37,385 bases of DNA from a virus (IMGVR_UViG_2913123054_000004); one strand, 5' to 3'; counted from the stretch's first letter, positions 1 through 9,497 are shown. Numbers and translations: made by a program. The notes: generated by a model not told the origin, from the sequence alone.

Positions 1-1017
1 TCACACTTCTAGCGTTGCGAGGGGGTTGAATTTCAGAGCCGTCTCAAGATGATCGGGTGCTAAATGGGCATAGCGCATAGTCATTTTTATATCGTGATGT
101 CCGAGGATTTTTTGCAAAGCAAGGATATTTCCACCCGACATCATGAAATGCGCCGCAAACGTATGGCGCAGAACGTGTGTCAGTTGACCGCGAGGGAGCA
201 CGATAGACGTTTTTTCCATCACGGATAAAAATTGAAAATAGCAGTCTGTGAAGAAATTGAACCCATCAAGCGCCATGATCTCTTCGTAAAGCTCTTTACT
301 GATAGGGATGCTTCTGTTTTTCTTCCCCTTTGTTCTTACAAAGGTAATTCGGTATTTGGTCACCTGTGAGCGGGTAAGATTTACGGCTTCACGCCAGCGT
401 GCGCCTGTGCTTAAGCATATCTTAACTACCAGTGCCAGAATTGGGTCCTGACGTTTGCAATCAGCCAGCAATTCAACAATCTGCTCATGGGTAAGCCATG
501 CCATCTCTTTTTCTGCGATGGTGAATTTTCGCATGTTCTCCAGTGGGTTCGGATACGACCATTCGCCCAGGCGGGATAGTTCGCTAAAAACACTACTTAG
601 ATAGCTTTGCTCCAGGTTAATGGTGACCGGGCTTGCTCCTTTCTTCCATTTCTCGCTGAAGTAGATCTCACCTGTCAGGCGTTTATCTCGATAGTGGGCA
701 AACATTTTAGAGGTGAGATCAGTTGCAAGGGGATTGCCCAGAGCGTCAACCATCAGCAGCAATTTGTCATAGACATGCTGCCCAGCAGTCAGAGATTTAC
801 CATGTAGTTTGAACCATAGCTCAACCACGTCTTTCAGCGTTCGACGATCCATTGATTCACCCAGCCAGGGCTTTACTTCGGTTTCTTCCATCGTGTGACG
901 CTCAAAAGCCAGAGCTTCGCCTTTGGTGGAGAATTGTTTACGCACACGACGTCCACTACGTCCGGCGGGGTAACATTCGCAAAGCCATTTTCCTGTGGTG
1001 AGTTTTCGTACTGCCAT
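1..1017 (-). CDS. int: Tyrosine integrase, P2/186 type
   Basis: 338-aa ORF with tyrosine-recombinase C-terminal motifs (LSTGARWREA, HVLRHTFAAHFMMSGG, MTMRYAHL). Stop codon sits at positions 1-3; the terminal gene position is as in P2. Confidence 0.9.
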   Translation of the reverse strand: MAVRKLTTGKWLCECYPAGRSGRRVRKQFSTKGEALAFERHTMEETEVKPWLGESMDRRTLKDVVELWFKLHGKSLTAGQHVYDKLLLMVDALGNPLATDLTSKMFAHYRDKRLTGEIYFSEKWKKGASPVTINLEQSYLSSVFSELSRLGEWSYPNPLENMRKFTIAEKEMAWLTHEQIVELLADCKRQDPILALVVKICLSTGARWREAVNLTRSQVTKYRITFVRTKGKKNRSIPISKELYEEIMALDGFNFFTDCYFQFLSVMEKTSIVLPRGQLTHVLRHTFAAHFMMSGGNILALQKILGHHDIKMTMRYAHLAPDHLETALKFNPLATLEV

Positions 1018-1098
1018 AAAAAATGCCCTCCAGTGGAGAGCATTCTTACTGTATATATAACCAGTGTCAATGTATTAGATACATGTTGTCATACATCA

Positions 1099-2076
1099 TC
1101 ACTTTTTGGTAATGATGTCATCATTTGCTGCTGATTTTTTATCTACAAGTGAGCCTAAAATGTTAAATAAATTTGGAGGTGGCTGCGTTTTATCTGCGAA
1201 TGCAGAATTAGCTGACATATTCCAATCTTTAAACACATCAATAGCATCTTGTTTTGTTGCAGTTGAACCATAAATTTGTAAGAAGACCTCACCAAACATT
1301 AGAGCATGTTGTCTGTCTTTTCTTATGATTGCTTCATGTGTGTATTTTTTTGAATTGTTTAAACAAAAATAAGAAAGCCAAGAAAGTAATGCAACCCCAA
1401 GTAAGCCTCGAGTGAAATAATAAAAAAGTTCAATGGGGGTAGTATCTTTTATATCGATTTTATAAAAAAATGTTAAAAAGGCGGCGCTTATAGATAATAA
1501 TGAAAATAGTATTCCGGCTATCGCCCAATTGTAAGACATTGTAGTGAAGTCTTTATCGTCCTGCTGTAGTTTTGCTTTGACGCCTTGCACATATTCAGGA
1601 ACCTTTTCGTCAATTTTCTTTTGTTGAATTTTGCTTGAAAGTTCTTGGTTTTTAAACTGTAGTTCTTTGTTTTTGATGTGTTGGACTTTTAGCTGTGATA
1701 CTAGTTTTTCTTTACTTTCTATTTCATTTGACAATTCCATTTTCAACTTTTCCATTTGCTCTGAATGAGCGTTATGGTTTTTTTGAAACTCGCGTAGTTT
1801 ATGTTCTAATTCCTCAATTTTTAAAAGGTACTTATCTGCTTCACTGTTTTGCAATGATGTATGGTCAGACATGAAGGGGGCATACTTATATTCTTTTTTA
1901 GAAAAATTTCGACTGTAAGCATCAAATAGCATATCGAATTCATCAAACGCTAGAGAATCCAATAGGTTTTTCAAAGTATTATAGGTGTCATTGGTTAAAT
2001 GTGATTTTAATTCTCCTAATTTAATACTTCTAGACGTGTATTTTTCACTATTGCTTTTATAATCAGAACCACTCAT
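1099..2076 (-). CDS. Hypothetical protein: N-terminal coiled-coil region, two predicted transmembrane helices, C-terminal domain; AT-rich moron
   Basis: 325-aa ORF, markedly AT-rich and K/E/N-rich. Hydrophobic segments IAGILFSLLSISAAFLTFF and LLGVALLSWLSYF. Inserted between int and cI where P2 and 186 have no gene of this size. Confidence 0.6.
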   Translation of the reverse strand: MSGSDYKSNSEKYTSRSIKLGELKSHLTNDTYNTLKNLLDSLAFDEFDMLFDAYSRNFSKKEYKYAPFMSDHTSLQNSEADKYLLKIEELEHKLREFQKNHNAHSEQMEKLKMELSNEIESKEKLVSQLKVQHIKNKELQFKNQELSSKIQQKKIDEKVPEYVQGVKAKLQQDDKDFTTMSYNWAIAGILFSLLSISAAFLTFFYKIDIKDTTPIELFYYFTRGLLGVALLSWLSYFCLNNSKKYTHEAIIRKDRQHALMFGEVFLQIYGSTATKQDAIDVFKDWNMSANSAFADKTQPPPNLFNILGSLVDKKSAANDDIITKK

Positions 2077-2088
2077 TCCAATATCCTT

Positions 2089-3033
2089 TTATAATTCTTC
2101 TATCAGAATAAATTTGCATTTTGCAATAACATCAATATCTGAAATTTTACATTCAAATGATAAATCATTGTCTGAAATTTTTAATCTTCCTACAGGTATT
2201 CTAGTTAGGGTTCGAATGCTCACTTTTCCTTCTATTTTAACAATCCATTTACCATCTGTAATTTCATCGAATGATTGATTACATAGGTATGTTTTTTTTT
2301 CGGTGCTAACAATCAATGGTAATTGGATTGAGTCTGGTAGTAACGCTTTATCAAGCATATAGAAATTTGAATCAAATAGATTCCCGTCAGTAATTTTTTT
2401 GTGAGTAATAGCAATTACATCATTTCTTGCATCGTCAAACTTTGGGCCTTTACCAGTAGTTAGCCACATTAGTGAAGTACCCGTTTCGAGAGCGCACTTA
2501 ATTATCCAGTCTGAAGGAAAAACATCACGCATATATCTTGTGGCTAATGTGCTTTTTGAAATACCTAAGTGATCAGCTAAGGCTTGGCGAGTCTTATAAC
2601 CGTAAGCCCTAACAATTCGCTCTATTGCTTCCTTGCCACCCCGAGAATAATCAATGATGTTTTCATTGTCGAACTTTGGTTGTTTATAGTGAACGTCATG
2701 ATAAGAACCATCTTCGGAGTGTGTTTCAACATGCTGTTCTGGTGAAGGAGATGGCATTTGTTCGTCATCATCTGAACCAAATGCTAGCCATTTAATTGAT
2801 GCTCCTGTTTCCATTGAACAGATAACAATCCAATCTGCAGGAAATGTATCGCGGGCATATCTGTTAGCCATCGTGCTTTGGGAAATACCTAGATGGTTAC
2901 AGAATGCTTGGCGTGACTTGAAGCCATAAGCCATGAGTATCCGCTCGATTACTTTCTGACCACCACGATTTTGTATGACAACGGCTTTCATATCGTCATC
3001 AATATGGCGAAATGTGAATTTTTGAGTTGACAT
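2089..3033 (-). CDS. cI: 186 CI-type immunity repressor carrying two tandem copies of the N-terminal HTH domain
   Basis: 314 aa. Residues ~20-85 and ~125-195 are paralogous (IERILMAYGFKSRQAFCNHLGISQSTMANRY...CSMETGASIKWLAFG versus IERIVRAYGYKTRQALADHLGISKSTLATRY...CALETGTSLMWLTTG), separated by an acidic/Pro linker. C-terminal part resembles the 186 CI oligomerisation domain (WIVKIEGKVSIRTLTRIP...FEC). Confidence 0.8.
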   Translation of the reverse strand: MSTQKFTFRHIDDDMKAVVIQNRGGQKVIERILMAYGFKSRQAFCNHLGISQSTMANRYARDTFPADWIVICSMETGASIKWLAFGSDDDEQMPSPSPEQHVETHSEDGSYHDVHYKQPKFDNENIIDYSRGGKEAIERIVRAYGYKTRQALADHLGISKSTLATRYMRDVFPSDWIIKCALETGTSLMWLTTGKGPKFDDARNDVIAITHKKITDGNLFDSNFYMLDKALLPDSIQLPLIVSTEKKTYLCNQSFDEITDGKWIVKIEGKVSIRTLTRIPVGRLKISDNDLSFECKISDIDVIAKCKFILIEEL

Positions 3034-3062
3034 ATTCTTTATGTGAACCTATTCTCCGTTTT

Positions 3063-3079
3063 GTGATGTTGTTATCACG
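3063..3079. promoter_or_regulatory. Inverted repeat GTGAT-N6-ATCAC in the cI/apl intergenic region, candidate operator overlapping a possible rightward early promoter (TTGTGA ... TTAAAA)
   Basis: Dyad symmetry read directly. Sits between the repressor gene and the first rightward early gene. Confidence 0.3.
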
Positions 3080-3121
3080 ATTAAAACCAGCTCACCACAA
3101 GCTAAAAGGAGATGTTGCATC

Positions 3122-3343
3122 ATGACCCCTAACATTTCAATAACTCTGAATACGCCACACGTCACAATTGAGCGTTATAGCGAACTTACTGGTCTTTCTA
3201 TCGTCACCATCAACGATATGTTGGCTGATGGTCGCATCCCTCGCCATCGCCTTCGGAAAGACAAGAAAAGAGAAAAGGTGATGATCAACCTTGCTGCTCT
3301 TACCGTTGATGCACTTACTGATTGCAATGTTGTATTCAACTAG
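3122..3343 (+). CDS. apl: Apl/Cox-like excisionase and transcriptional regulator
   Basis: 73-aa basic protein as first rightward gene opposite cI. RBS AAAGGAGA upstream. Position equivalent to P2 cox / 186 apl. Confidence 0.6.
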   Translation: MTPNISITLNTPHVTIERYSELTGLSIVTINDMLADGRIPRHRLRKDKKREKVMINLAALTVDALTDCNVVFN

Positions 3344-3375
3344 TTCCATTTTGGGATACATCAGGGGTGTCGACC

Positions 3376-3885
3376 ATGTTTGATTACCAAGTTTCCAAAC
3401 ATCCACATTTTGATGAAGCCTGTCGTGCATTCGCACTGCGCCACAACCTGGTGCAACTGGCAGAACGTGCAGGCATGAATGTGCAGATTCTGCGGAACAA
3501 GCTGAACCCAGCTCAACCTCATTTATTAACCGCACCAGATATCTGGCTACTTACCGATCTGACTGAAGATTCAACGCTGGTAGACGGTTTTCTGGCACAG
3601 ATTCATTGTCTGCCATGTGTACCGATTAATGAGGTGGCAAAAGAGAAACTGCCACATTACGTCATGAGTGCAACCGCAGAGATCGGGCGTGTTGCTGCAG
3701 GTGCGGTATCTGGCGATGTAAAAACCAGTGCAGGTCGTCGTGATGCTATCAGCAGCATTAACTCTGTAACACGACTGATGGCGTTGGCTGCTGTTTCATT
3801 GCAGGCCCGTTTACAGGCTAACCCTGCGATGGCGAGTGCAGTTGATACCGTGACTGGCCTCGGTGCTTCATTCGGTTTGCTGTGA
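3376..3885 (+). CDS. cII: CII-like lysogeny establishment regulator (186 CII homolog)
   Basis: 169 aa from ATG at 3376 ([24 protein letters not shown]...[17 protein letters not shown]...GASFGLL); matches remembered 186 CII closely. The ORF track starts upstream at 3322, but the homolog start is 3376. Confidence 0.8.
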   Translation: MFDYQVSKHPHFDEACRAFALRHNLVQLAERAGMNVQILRNKLNPAQPHLLTAPDIWLLTDLTEDSTLVDGFLAQIHCLPCVPINEVAKEKLPHYVMSATAEIGRVAAGAVSGDVKTSAGRRDAISSINSVTRLMALAAVSLQARLQANPAMASAVDTVTGLGASFGLL

Positions 3886-3892
3886 GGTACTT

Positions 3893-4189
3893 ATGCTGAC
3901 GAAAGAACCATCATTTGCATCGCTGCTGGTAAAGCAAAGCCCGGCAATGCACTACGGTCACGGCTGGATCATGGGTGAGGATGGAAAACGCTGGCATCCA
4001 TGTCATTCACAAGATGAATTGCTGTCTGAATTGACCACGAGGAAACGGAGAAAGTCAAAATGTATGCAGCGGAAAGTGAAGTGGTTTATCAGTTTCGTTA
4101 CAGAGGGGAGAGTTATTCAGTACCTGAAGATGATTTGCTCTGTTGTTATCCGTCGTTGTCGGGCGATGGCAGTTACTTTTTCACGCTAA
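3893..4189 (+). CDS. Hypothetical early protein (fil/dhr region); 3' third overlaps the next ORF and may be out of frame
   Basis: ORF from ATG 3893. First ~55 aa look protein-like; the tail is R/K/C-rich and overlaps 4060-4284. Confidence 0.35.
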   Translation: MLTKEPSFASLLVKQSPAMHYGHGWIMGEDGKRWHPCHSQDELLSELTTRKRRKSKCMQRKVKWFISFVTEGRVIQYLKMICSVVIRRCRAMAVTFSR

Positions 4190-4284
4190 AAGATGGGACG
4201 TTTTTACGGGGAGAGCAGGTTAAAGAGACGATACGAAAAAATGTATCTCCTCTTGAACGTTACCGTAATAACAAACAACGATAG
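4060..4284 (+). CDS. Hypothetical early protein
   Basis: 74-aa ORF with RBS GGAGAAAG 8 nt upstream of the ATG. Confidence 0.5.
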   Translation: MYAAESEVVYQFRYRGESYSVPEDDLLCCYPSLSGDGSYFFTLKDGTFLRGEQVKETIRKNVSPLERYRNNKQR

Positions 4285-4306
4285 TTGCGTTTTGGGGATA
4301 TGAATT

Positions 4307-4648
4307 ATGGCAATTAATGGCGCTGCGGCGACTGTTCCATTAAGCCCCGGTGAACGCCTGAATGGACTTAATCACATTGCGGAGCTAAGGGCGAAAGTTT
4401 TTGGCCTGAATATTGAGTCAGAGCTTGAGCGGTTTATTAAAGATATGCGTGATCCACGGGATATCAATAACGAACAAAATAAACGGGCACTGGCTGCTAT
4501 ATTCTTTATGGCAAAAATTCCAGCTGAACGTCATAGCATCAGCATTAATGAGCTGACCACTGACGAAAAGCGGGAGTTGATTAAAGCAATGAATCATTTT
4601 CGTGCAGTGGTGAGCTTATTTCCCAGACGGCTAACCATGCCGAATTAA
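4307..4648 (+). CDS. Hypothetical early protein
   Basis: 113-aa ORF with RBS-like GGGGA upstream; codon usage matches neighbours. Confidence 0.6.
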   Translation: MAINGAAATVPLSPGERLNGLNHIAELRAKVFGLNIESELERFIKDMRDPRDINNEQNKRALAAIFFMAKIPAERHSISINELTTDEKRELIKAMNHFRAVVSLFPRRLTMPN

Positions 4649-4715
4649 CCAACTAATGAAATTAATGGCGTAAACCCGCCGGGTATCCCTTTATCTAAAT
4701 TCAGGAGAATTGATT

Positions 4716-4949
4716 ATGCGTAATATTGAAACCCTCACGACTAAAACCGGACCGGATGATGCAGGGCTTAATATTTTACTGACAGAGGCTCGTCTGGAAG
4801 AACGCCGGGCAAGGGCTGAAGCAATGGCAGCTCGCCTTGATAGCCTGGCGTGTCATATCACATCCCGCCAGCTAAACCACGTCGAAGCAGCAGAACTACT
4901 GCGTGTAACTGCTGAAGCAATCCAGAACGAAGCGCAGGAGATCCACTAA
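4716..4949 (+). CDS. Hypothetical early protein
   Basis: ATG at 4716 with RBS AGGAGA 7 nt upstream (ORF track uses a TTG at 4710). Stop overlaps the next start (TAATG). Confidence 0.55.
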   Translation: MRNIETLTTKTGPDDAGLNILLTEARLEERRARAEAMAARLDSLACHITSRQLNHVEAAELLRVTAEAIQNEAQEIH

Positions 4950-5176
4950 TGGCTGATGCAATGGATCTCGTACAGCAGCGCGTTGAAGAAGAACGCCAGC
5001 GCCATATCCGTGCTGCCCGTGCCAAAACGCCGGGCGTGTCCCGCGTGCTTTGCATTGAGTGTGAAGCGCCAATTCCGCCAGCACGCCGCCGCGCCATTCC
5101 AGGTGTGCAGCTTTGCATTACCTGTCAGGAAATCGCAGAGCTGAAAGGCAAACATTACAACGGAGGTGCTGTATGA
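4949..5176 (+). CDS. TraR/DksA-family C4 zinc-finger protein
   Basis: 75 aa with CxxC-N17-CxxC (CIECEAPIPPARRRAIPGVQLCITC). This family commonly sits upstream of the replication gene in P2-like phages. Confidence 0.7.
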   Translation: MADAMDLVQQRVEEERQRHIRAARAKTPGVSRVLCIECEAPIPPARRRAIPGVQLCITCQEIAELKGKHYNGGAV

Positions 5177-6030
5177 GCACCATCCTGAAATGGGCGGGAA
5201 ATAAAACCGCAATTATGTCCGAACTGAAAAAACACCTTCCTGCTGGCCCGCGACTGGTTGAACCTTTCGCGGGTTCCTGTGCTGTGATGATGGCGACGGA
5301 TTATCCAAGCTATCTGGTTGCGGATATTAATCCTGATTTAATCAACCTCTATAAAAAGGTTGCCGCTGATTGTGAATCGTTTATATCTCGCGCCAGAGTT
5401 TTATTTAAGGAAGCAAACAGGGAGGTGGCTTATTACAACATAAGGCAGGAGTTTAATTACTCAACTGAAATTACTGATTTCATGAAAGCGGTATATTTCC
5501 TGTATCTCAATCGTCACGGTTACCGTGGTTTATGTCGCTATAACAAGAGCGGGCATTTCAACATTCCCTACGGTAATTATAAAAATCCGTATTTCACTGA
5601 AAAAGAAATTCGTGCATTTGCAGTAAAAGCCCTGCGGGCAACGTTTATCTGCGCCAGCTTTGATGAAACGCTGGCGATGTTGAAGGCGGGGGATGTGGTG
5701 TATTGCGATCCGCCTTATGACGGCACGTTTTCCGGTTATCACACTGACGGCTTCACTGAAGATGACCAGTATCACCTGGCATCCGTTCTTGAACATCGAT
5801 CATCTGAAGGTCATCCGGTCATTGTTTCTAACAGTGACACATCCCTGATTCGTTCGCTGTATCGCAATTTCACTCACCACTACATCAAGGCAAAACGCAG
5901 CATCGGCGTGTCGGCTGGCGAGAGTAAATCTGCAACAGAAATCATTGCTGTTTCCGGGGCGCGCTGCTGGGTGGGATTTGATCCTTCGCGTGGCGTGGAT
6001 AGTTCTGCTGTGTACGAGGTGCGTGTATGA
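5173..6030 (+). CDS. dam: DNA adenine methyltransferase (Dam-like, D12 class N6-MTase)
   Basis: 285 aa from ATG 5173 ([11 protein letters not shown]). SAM-binding motif PFAGSCAV and catalytic DPPY (VYCDPPYDG). Start overlaps the upstream stop and the stop overlaps the A start (ATGA). Confidence 0.85.
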   Translation: MSTILKWAGNKTAIMSELKKHLPAGPRLVEPFAGSCAVMMATDYPSYLVADINPDLINLYKKVAADCESFISRARVLFKEANREVAYYNIRQEFNYSTEITDFMKAVYFLYLNRHGYRGLCRYNKSGHFNIPYGNYKNPYFTEKEIRAFAVKALRATFICASFDETLAMLKAGDVVYCDPPYDGTFSGYHTDGFTEDDQYHLASVLEHRSSEGHPVIVSNSDTSLIRSLYRNFTHHYIKAKRSIGVSAGESKSATEIIAVSGARCWVGFDPSRGVDSSAVYEVRV

Positions 6031-8441
6031 GTCATGACGATATGAGCAACTCTAGCGGCTTTAACGAGGTCGCTGTAGCATTTTCATGGAACGGCCCGAA
6101 AAAGGCCATTAACCCTTATCTGGAACCGGCGGAAGTTGCGCCGGAGTCTGCACTTTCAAACATGATCACTCTGTACGCTGCCGATAACGAGCAGGAACAG
6201 CAGCGCCGCGAGGCACTGAGTGATCAGGTCTGGGAACGTTATTTCTTTAATGAATCCCGTGATCCTGTCCAGCGCGAAATGGAGCAGGATAAGCTCATTA
6301 GCCGGGCAAAGCTGGCGCATGAACAGCAGCGTTTTAACCCGGACATGGTCATTCTGGCAGATGTCAGCGCCCAGCCTTCTCATATCAGCAAGCCGCTGAT
6401 GCAACGTATCGAATACTTCAGCAGCCTGGGCAGGCCAAAGGCTTATTCCCGCTATTTGCGTGAGACGATTAAGCCATGTCTGGAGCGACTGGATTGTGTA
6501 CGTGACAGTCAGCTATCTGTTTCTTTCCGTTTTATGGCAAGCCATCAAGGGCTGGAGGGTCTGCTGATCCTGCCTGAAATGAGCCAGGATCAGGTGAAAC
6601 GCCTGTCCACCCTGGTAGCAGCGCATATGAGCATGTGTCTTGAGGCCGCTTGTGGTGATTTGTACGCCACCGATGACGTTAAGCCAGAAGAAATCCGCAA
6701 GACATGGGAAAAGGTGGCTGCGGAAACCCTGCGTCTGGATGTTATCCCGCCTGCGTTTGAGAAACTTCGTCGGAAAAGAAACCGCCGCAAACCCGTGCCC
6801 TATGAACTCATACCGGGTTCGCTGGCGCGTATGTTGTGCGCCGACTGGTGGTATCGAAAATTGTGGAGGATGCGTTGCGAATGGCGGGAAGAGCAGTTGC
6901 GTGCTGTCTGTCTGGTCAGCAAAAAAGCATCTCCCTATGTCAGCTATGAAGCCGTGATGCATAAACGTGAGCAGCGCCGCAAGTCGCTGGAGTTTTTCCG
7001 TTCTCATGAACTGGTGAACGAAGACGGAGACACGCTGGATATGGAAGATGTGGTAAACGCCAGCAGCAGCAACCCGGCACATCGCCGCAATGAGATGATG
7101 GCCTGCGTTAAAGGTCTGGAGCTTATCGCGGAAATGCGTGGTGACTGCGCCGTTTTCTACACTATCACCTGTCCGTCACGTTTCCATTCCACGCTCAACA
7201 ACGGCAGACCCAACCCGACCTGGACAAACGCGACGGTAAGGCAAAGCAGCGATTATCTGGTCGGCATGTTTGCTGCATTTCGTAAGGCAATGCATAAAAC
7301 CGGGCTGCGCTGGTATGGCGTGCGGGTGGCTGAGCCGCACCATGACGGTACTGTGCACTGGCATCTTATGTGCTTCATGCGTAAAAAAGACCGCCGCGCC
7401 ATCACTGCATTACTGCGTAAGTTTGCCATCCGTGAAGACCGCGAGGAGCTGGGTAATAACACGGGACCACGCTTTAAGTCTGAGCTGATTAACCCGCGCA
7501 AAGGAACGCCGACAAGCTACATCGCGAAATATATCAGTAAAAATATTGACGGACGTGGTCTGGCCGGCGAGATCAGCAAGGAAACGGGTAAATCCCTGCG
7601 TGATAACGCCGAATACGTGAATGCCTGGGCGTCTCTGCATCGTGTTCAGCAGTTCCGCTTCTTTGGTATTCCGGGACGTCAGGCTTACCGTGAACTTCGC
7701 TTGCTGGCTGGTCAGGCGGCAAGGCAACAGGGTGACAAAAAAGCAGGTGCGCCGGTACTGGATGACCCGCGTCTTGATGCCATCCTGGCTGCTGCTGATG
7801 CTGGTTGTTTTGCCACCTACATCATGAAGCAGGGCGGCGTACTGGTTCCCCGCAAATATCACCTTATCAGAACCGCTTATGAAATTAACGAAGAGCCGAC
7901 CGCCTATGGCGATCACGGTATTCGTATTTATGGCATCTGGTCACCCATTTCAGAGGGCAAGATCTGCACTCATGCAGTGAAGTGGAAAATGGTTCGTAAG
8001 GCCGTTGACGTTCAGGAGGCGGTAGCCGACCAGGGCGCTTGCGCCCCTTGGACTCGTGGCAATAACTGTCCCCTTGCTGAAAATTTGAACCAGCAGGAGA
8101 AAGATAAATCAGCTGATGGGGACACCAGAACGGTCATTACCCGCATGGATGACAAGGAGTTGCACGATTACCTGCACAATATGAGCAAAAAAGAGCGCCG
8201 GGAACTGGCAGCAAGGTTACGCCTGGTGAAACCGAAACGGCGTAAAGACTATAAACAGCGAATTACAGACCATCAGCGACAGCAGCTCGTCTATGAACTG
8301 AAGTCCAGAGGATTTGATGGCAGCGAGAAAGAAGTCGATTTACTTCTTCGCGGCGGCAGTATTCCGTCAGGAGCAGGCCTGCGTATCTTCTATCGGGACC
8401 AGCGTCTGCAGGAGGATGATAAATGGCGGAACCTGTATTAA
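6027..8441 (+). CDS. A: Replication initiation protein A (rolling-circle endonuclease)
   Basis: 804 aa with HUH-type motif (TVHWHLMCF) and tyrosine-containing YIAKYISKN. Size and position as P2/186 gene A. Confidence 0.9.
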   Translation: MSHDDMSNSSGFNEVAVAFSWNGPKKAINPYLEPAEVAPESALSNMITLYAADNEQEQQRREALSDQVWERYFFNESRDPVQREMEQDKLISRAKLAHEQQRFNPDMVILADVSAQPSHISKPLMQRIEYFSSLGRPKAYSRYLRETIKPCLERLDCVRDSQLSVSFRFMASHQGLEGLLILPEMSQDQVKRLSTLVAAHMSMCLEAACGDLYATDDVKPEEIRKTWEKVAAETLRLDVIPPAFEKLRRKRNRRKPVPYELIPGSLARMLCADWWYRKLWRMRCEWREEQLRAVCLVSKKASPYVSYEAVMHKREQRRKSLEFFRSHELVNEDGDTLDMEDVVNASSSNPAHRRNEMMACVKGLELIAEMRGDCAVFYTITCPSRFHSTLNNGRPNPTWTNATVRQSSDYLVGMFAAFRKAMHKTGLRWYGVRVAEPHHDGTVHWHLMCFMRKKDRRAITALLRKFAIREDREELGNNTGPRFKSELINPRKGTPTSYIAKYISKNIDGRGLAGEISKETGKSLRDNAEYVNAWASLHRVQQFRFFGIPGRQAYRELRLLAGQAARQQGDKKAGAPVLDDPRLDAILAAADAGCFATYIMKQGGVLVPRKYHLIRTAYEINEEPTAYGDHGIRIYGIWSPISEGKICTHAVKWKMVRKAVDVQEAVADQGACAPWTRGNNCPLAENLNQQEKDKSADGDTRTVITRMDDKELHDYLHNMSKKERRELAARLRLVKPKRRKDYKQRITDHQRQQLVYELKSRGFDGSEKEVDLLLRGGSIPSGAGLRIFYRDQRLQEDDKWRNLY

Positions 8442-8534
8442 TTACGCTGATTAACAATTAATGCTCTAAATAATAAGCAAAGGATAAATCCTATTGATTT
8501 TAAAAAAACTTTTTACTTTAACGATATTATTATG

Positions 8535-8554
8535 TACTGTATATAAAACCAGTG
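8535..8554. promoter_or_regulatory. LexA (SOS) box-like operator, TACTGTATATAAAACCAGTG, upstream of the DinI-family module
   Basis: CTGT-N8-CCAG with AT-rich spacer, one mismatch to CTGT-N8-ACAG. A perfect inverted half TATACAGTA follows at 8561-8569. Confidence 0.4.
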
Positions 8555-8596
8555 GTTAAGTATACAGTATTGTCTACCCACAGTGAGATAGGAGGG

Positions 8597-8788
8597 AAGA
8601 TGCAGGATTATTTTTTAGAGTCGTTGAAACTCCAGCGAATTGATTTTTTTCTTAAGCTTGTAGTGGCCAGTGAATGTAGTGATCAGGAAAAAGAGCTTGC
8701 GCTGCTTTGGATTTCAGAACTGACGGATGAACTCATGGCAAAAATCAGAACCCACGAATATAACCGCTCAATGGATGTTGTTAACTGA
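8597..8788 (+). CDS. Hypothetical small protein, first gene of the putative SOS-controlled module (possible Tum N-terminal-like part)
   Basis: 63-aa ORF from ATG 8597 (MQDYFLESLKLQ...); track alternative start at 8552. AT-rich. Immediately upstream of the DinI-like ORF. Confidence 0.4.
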   Translation, partial: KMQDYFLESLKLQRIDFFLKLVVASECSDQEKELALLWISELTDELMAKIRTHEYNRSMDVVN

Positions 8789-8798
8789 GGGGCAATTT

Positions 8799-9032
8799 AT
8801 GCGCATTGAAATAATGATCGATAAAGAGCAAAAAATTAGCCAGTCTACCCTGGACGCCCTTGAATCCGAGCTTTACCGCAATCTGCGCCCCCTGTATCCC
8901 AAAACGGTAATTCGCATCCGCAAAGGTAGCTCTAACGGTGTGGAACTGACCGGACTGAAACTGGACGAAGAAAAAAAACAAGTGATGAAAATTATGCAGA
9001 AGGTGTGGGAAGACGACAGCTGGCTGCATTAA
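8799..9032 (+). CDS. DinI-family protein (DNA-damage-inducible protein I-like; Tum C-terminal-like)
   Basis: 77 aa, MRIEIMIDKEQKISQSTLDALESELYRNL...MQKVWEDDSWLH, aligns with E. coli DinI (MRIEVTIAK...ETWESADDWF). RBS GAGGGG upstream. Confidence 0.75.
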   Translation: MRIEIMIDKEQKISQSTLDALESELYRNLRPLYPKTVIRIRKGSSNGVELTGLKLDEEKKQVMKIMQKVWEDDSWLH

Positions 9033-9161
9033 GAAACGTTGCCCCCAGGAGGATTCATTCTGATGGGGGCTGGTTTGGGCAACGAGTGAAACGAGGCGTA
9101 AGGTGGGCGGACATTTGCCCCAAATTGATAACACTCGTTAAGCTACTTTCCTGATGGATGC

Positions 9162-9497
9162 TTAAGAACGGTCATTCTGTTTAGTTTTCATGAGTGAATC
9201 CCGAATCTTCGCAAGGTTTGAATTTTCGGGGACTGAATCCATGTACGGATCGCGCTCAAACACTAATTGCTCAGATTCAACGAAAGCCCGCCACTCTACT
9301 GGGTCTAGCTCAAACTCCATCGCAGACATATCACTTTCATCTTCCCCCTCGATCCAGTGGACTAAATAAAACAATTCATCATCAGGAGAGTCATCATCGT
9401 CATCAACAATATCAATGTCGGTTACAGTGATGCGTAGGGTGGGATCGATTTTTGAGACATAAATCCCTAACTGTGGCATAGCGGGAATATTGTTCAT
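9162..9497 (-). CDS. Hypothetical highly acidic protein
   Basis: 111-aa ORF with RBS AAAGGA; strongly D/E-rich (DIDIVDDDDDSPDDE, EGEDESD). Confidence 0.55.
   Translation of the reverse strand: MNNIPAMPQLGIYVSKIDPTLRITVTDIDIVDDDDDSPDDELFYLVHWIEGEDESDMSAMEFELDPVEWRAFVESEQLVFERDPYMDSVPENSNLAKIRDSLMKTKQNDRS

Noticed and set aside
6513-7082. 189-aa minus-strand ORF inside replication gene A
   Set aside because: Antisense shadow ORF within a well-supported GC-rich gene; Arg/Cys-rich low-complexity translation, no RBS.
8561-8569. Second LexA box centred on TATACAGTA
   Set aside because: No CTGT at the required 8-bp spacing; it is only the inverted half of the upstream TACTGTATA, so I count one imperfect box.
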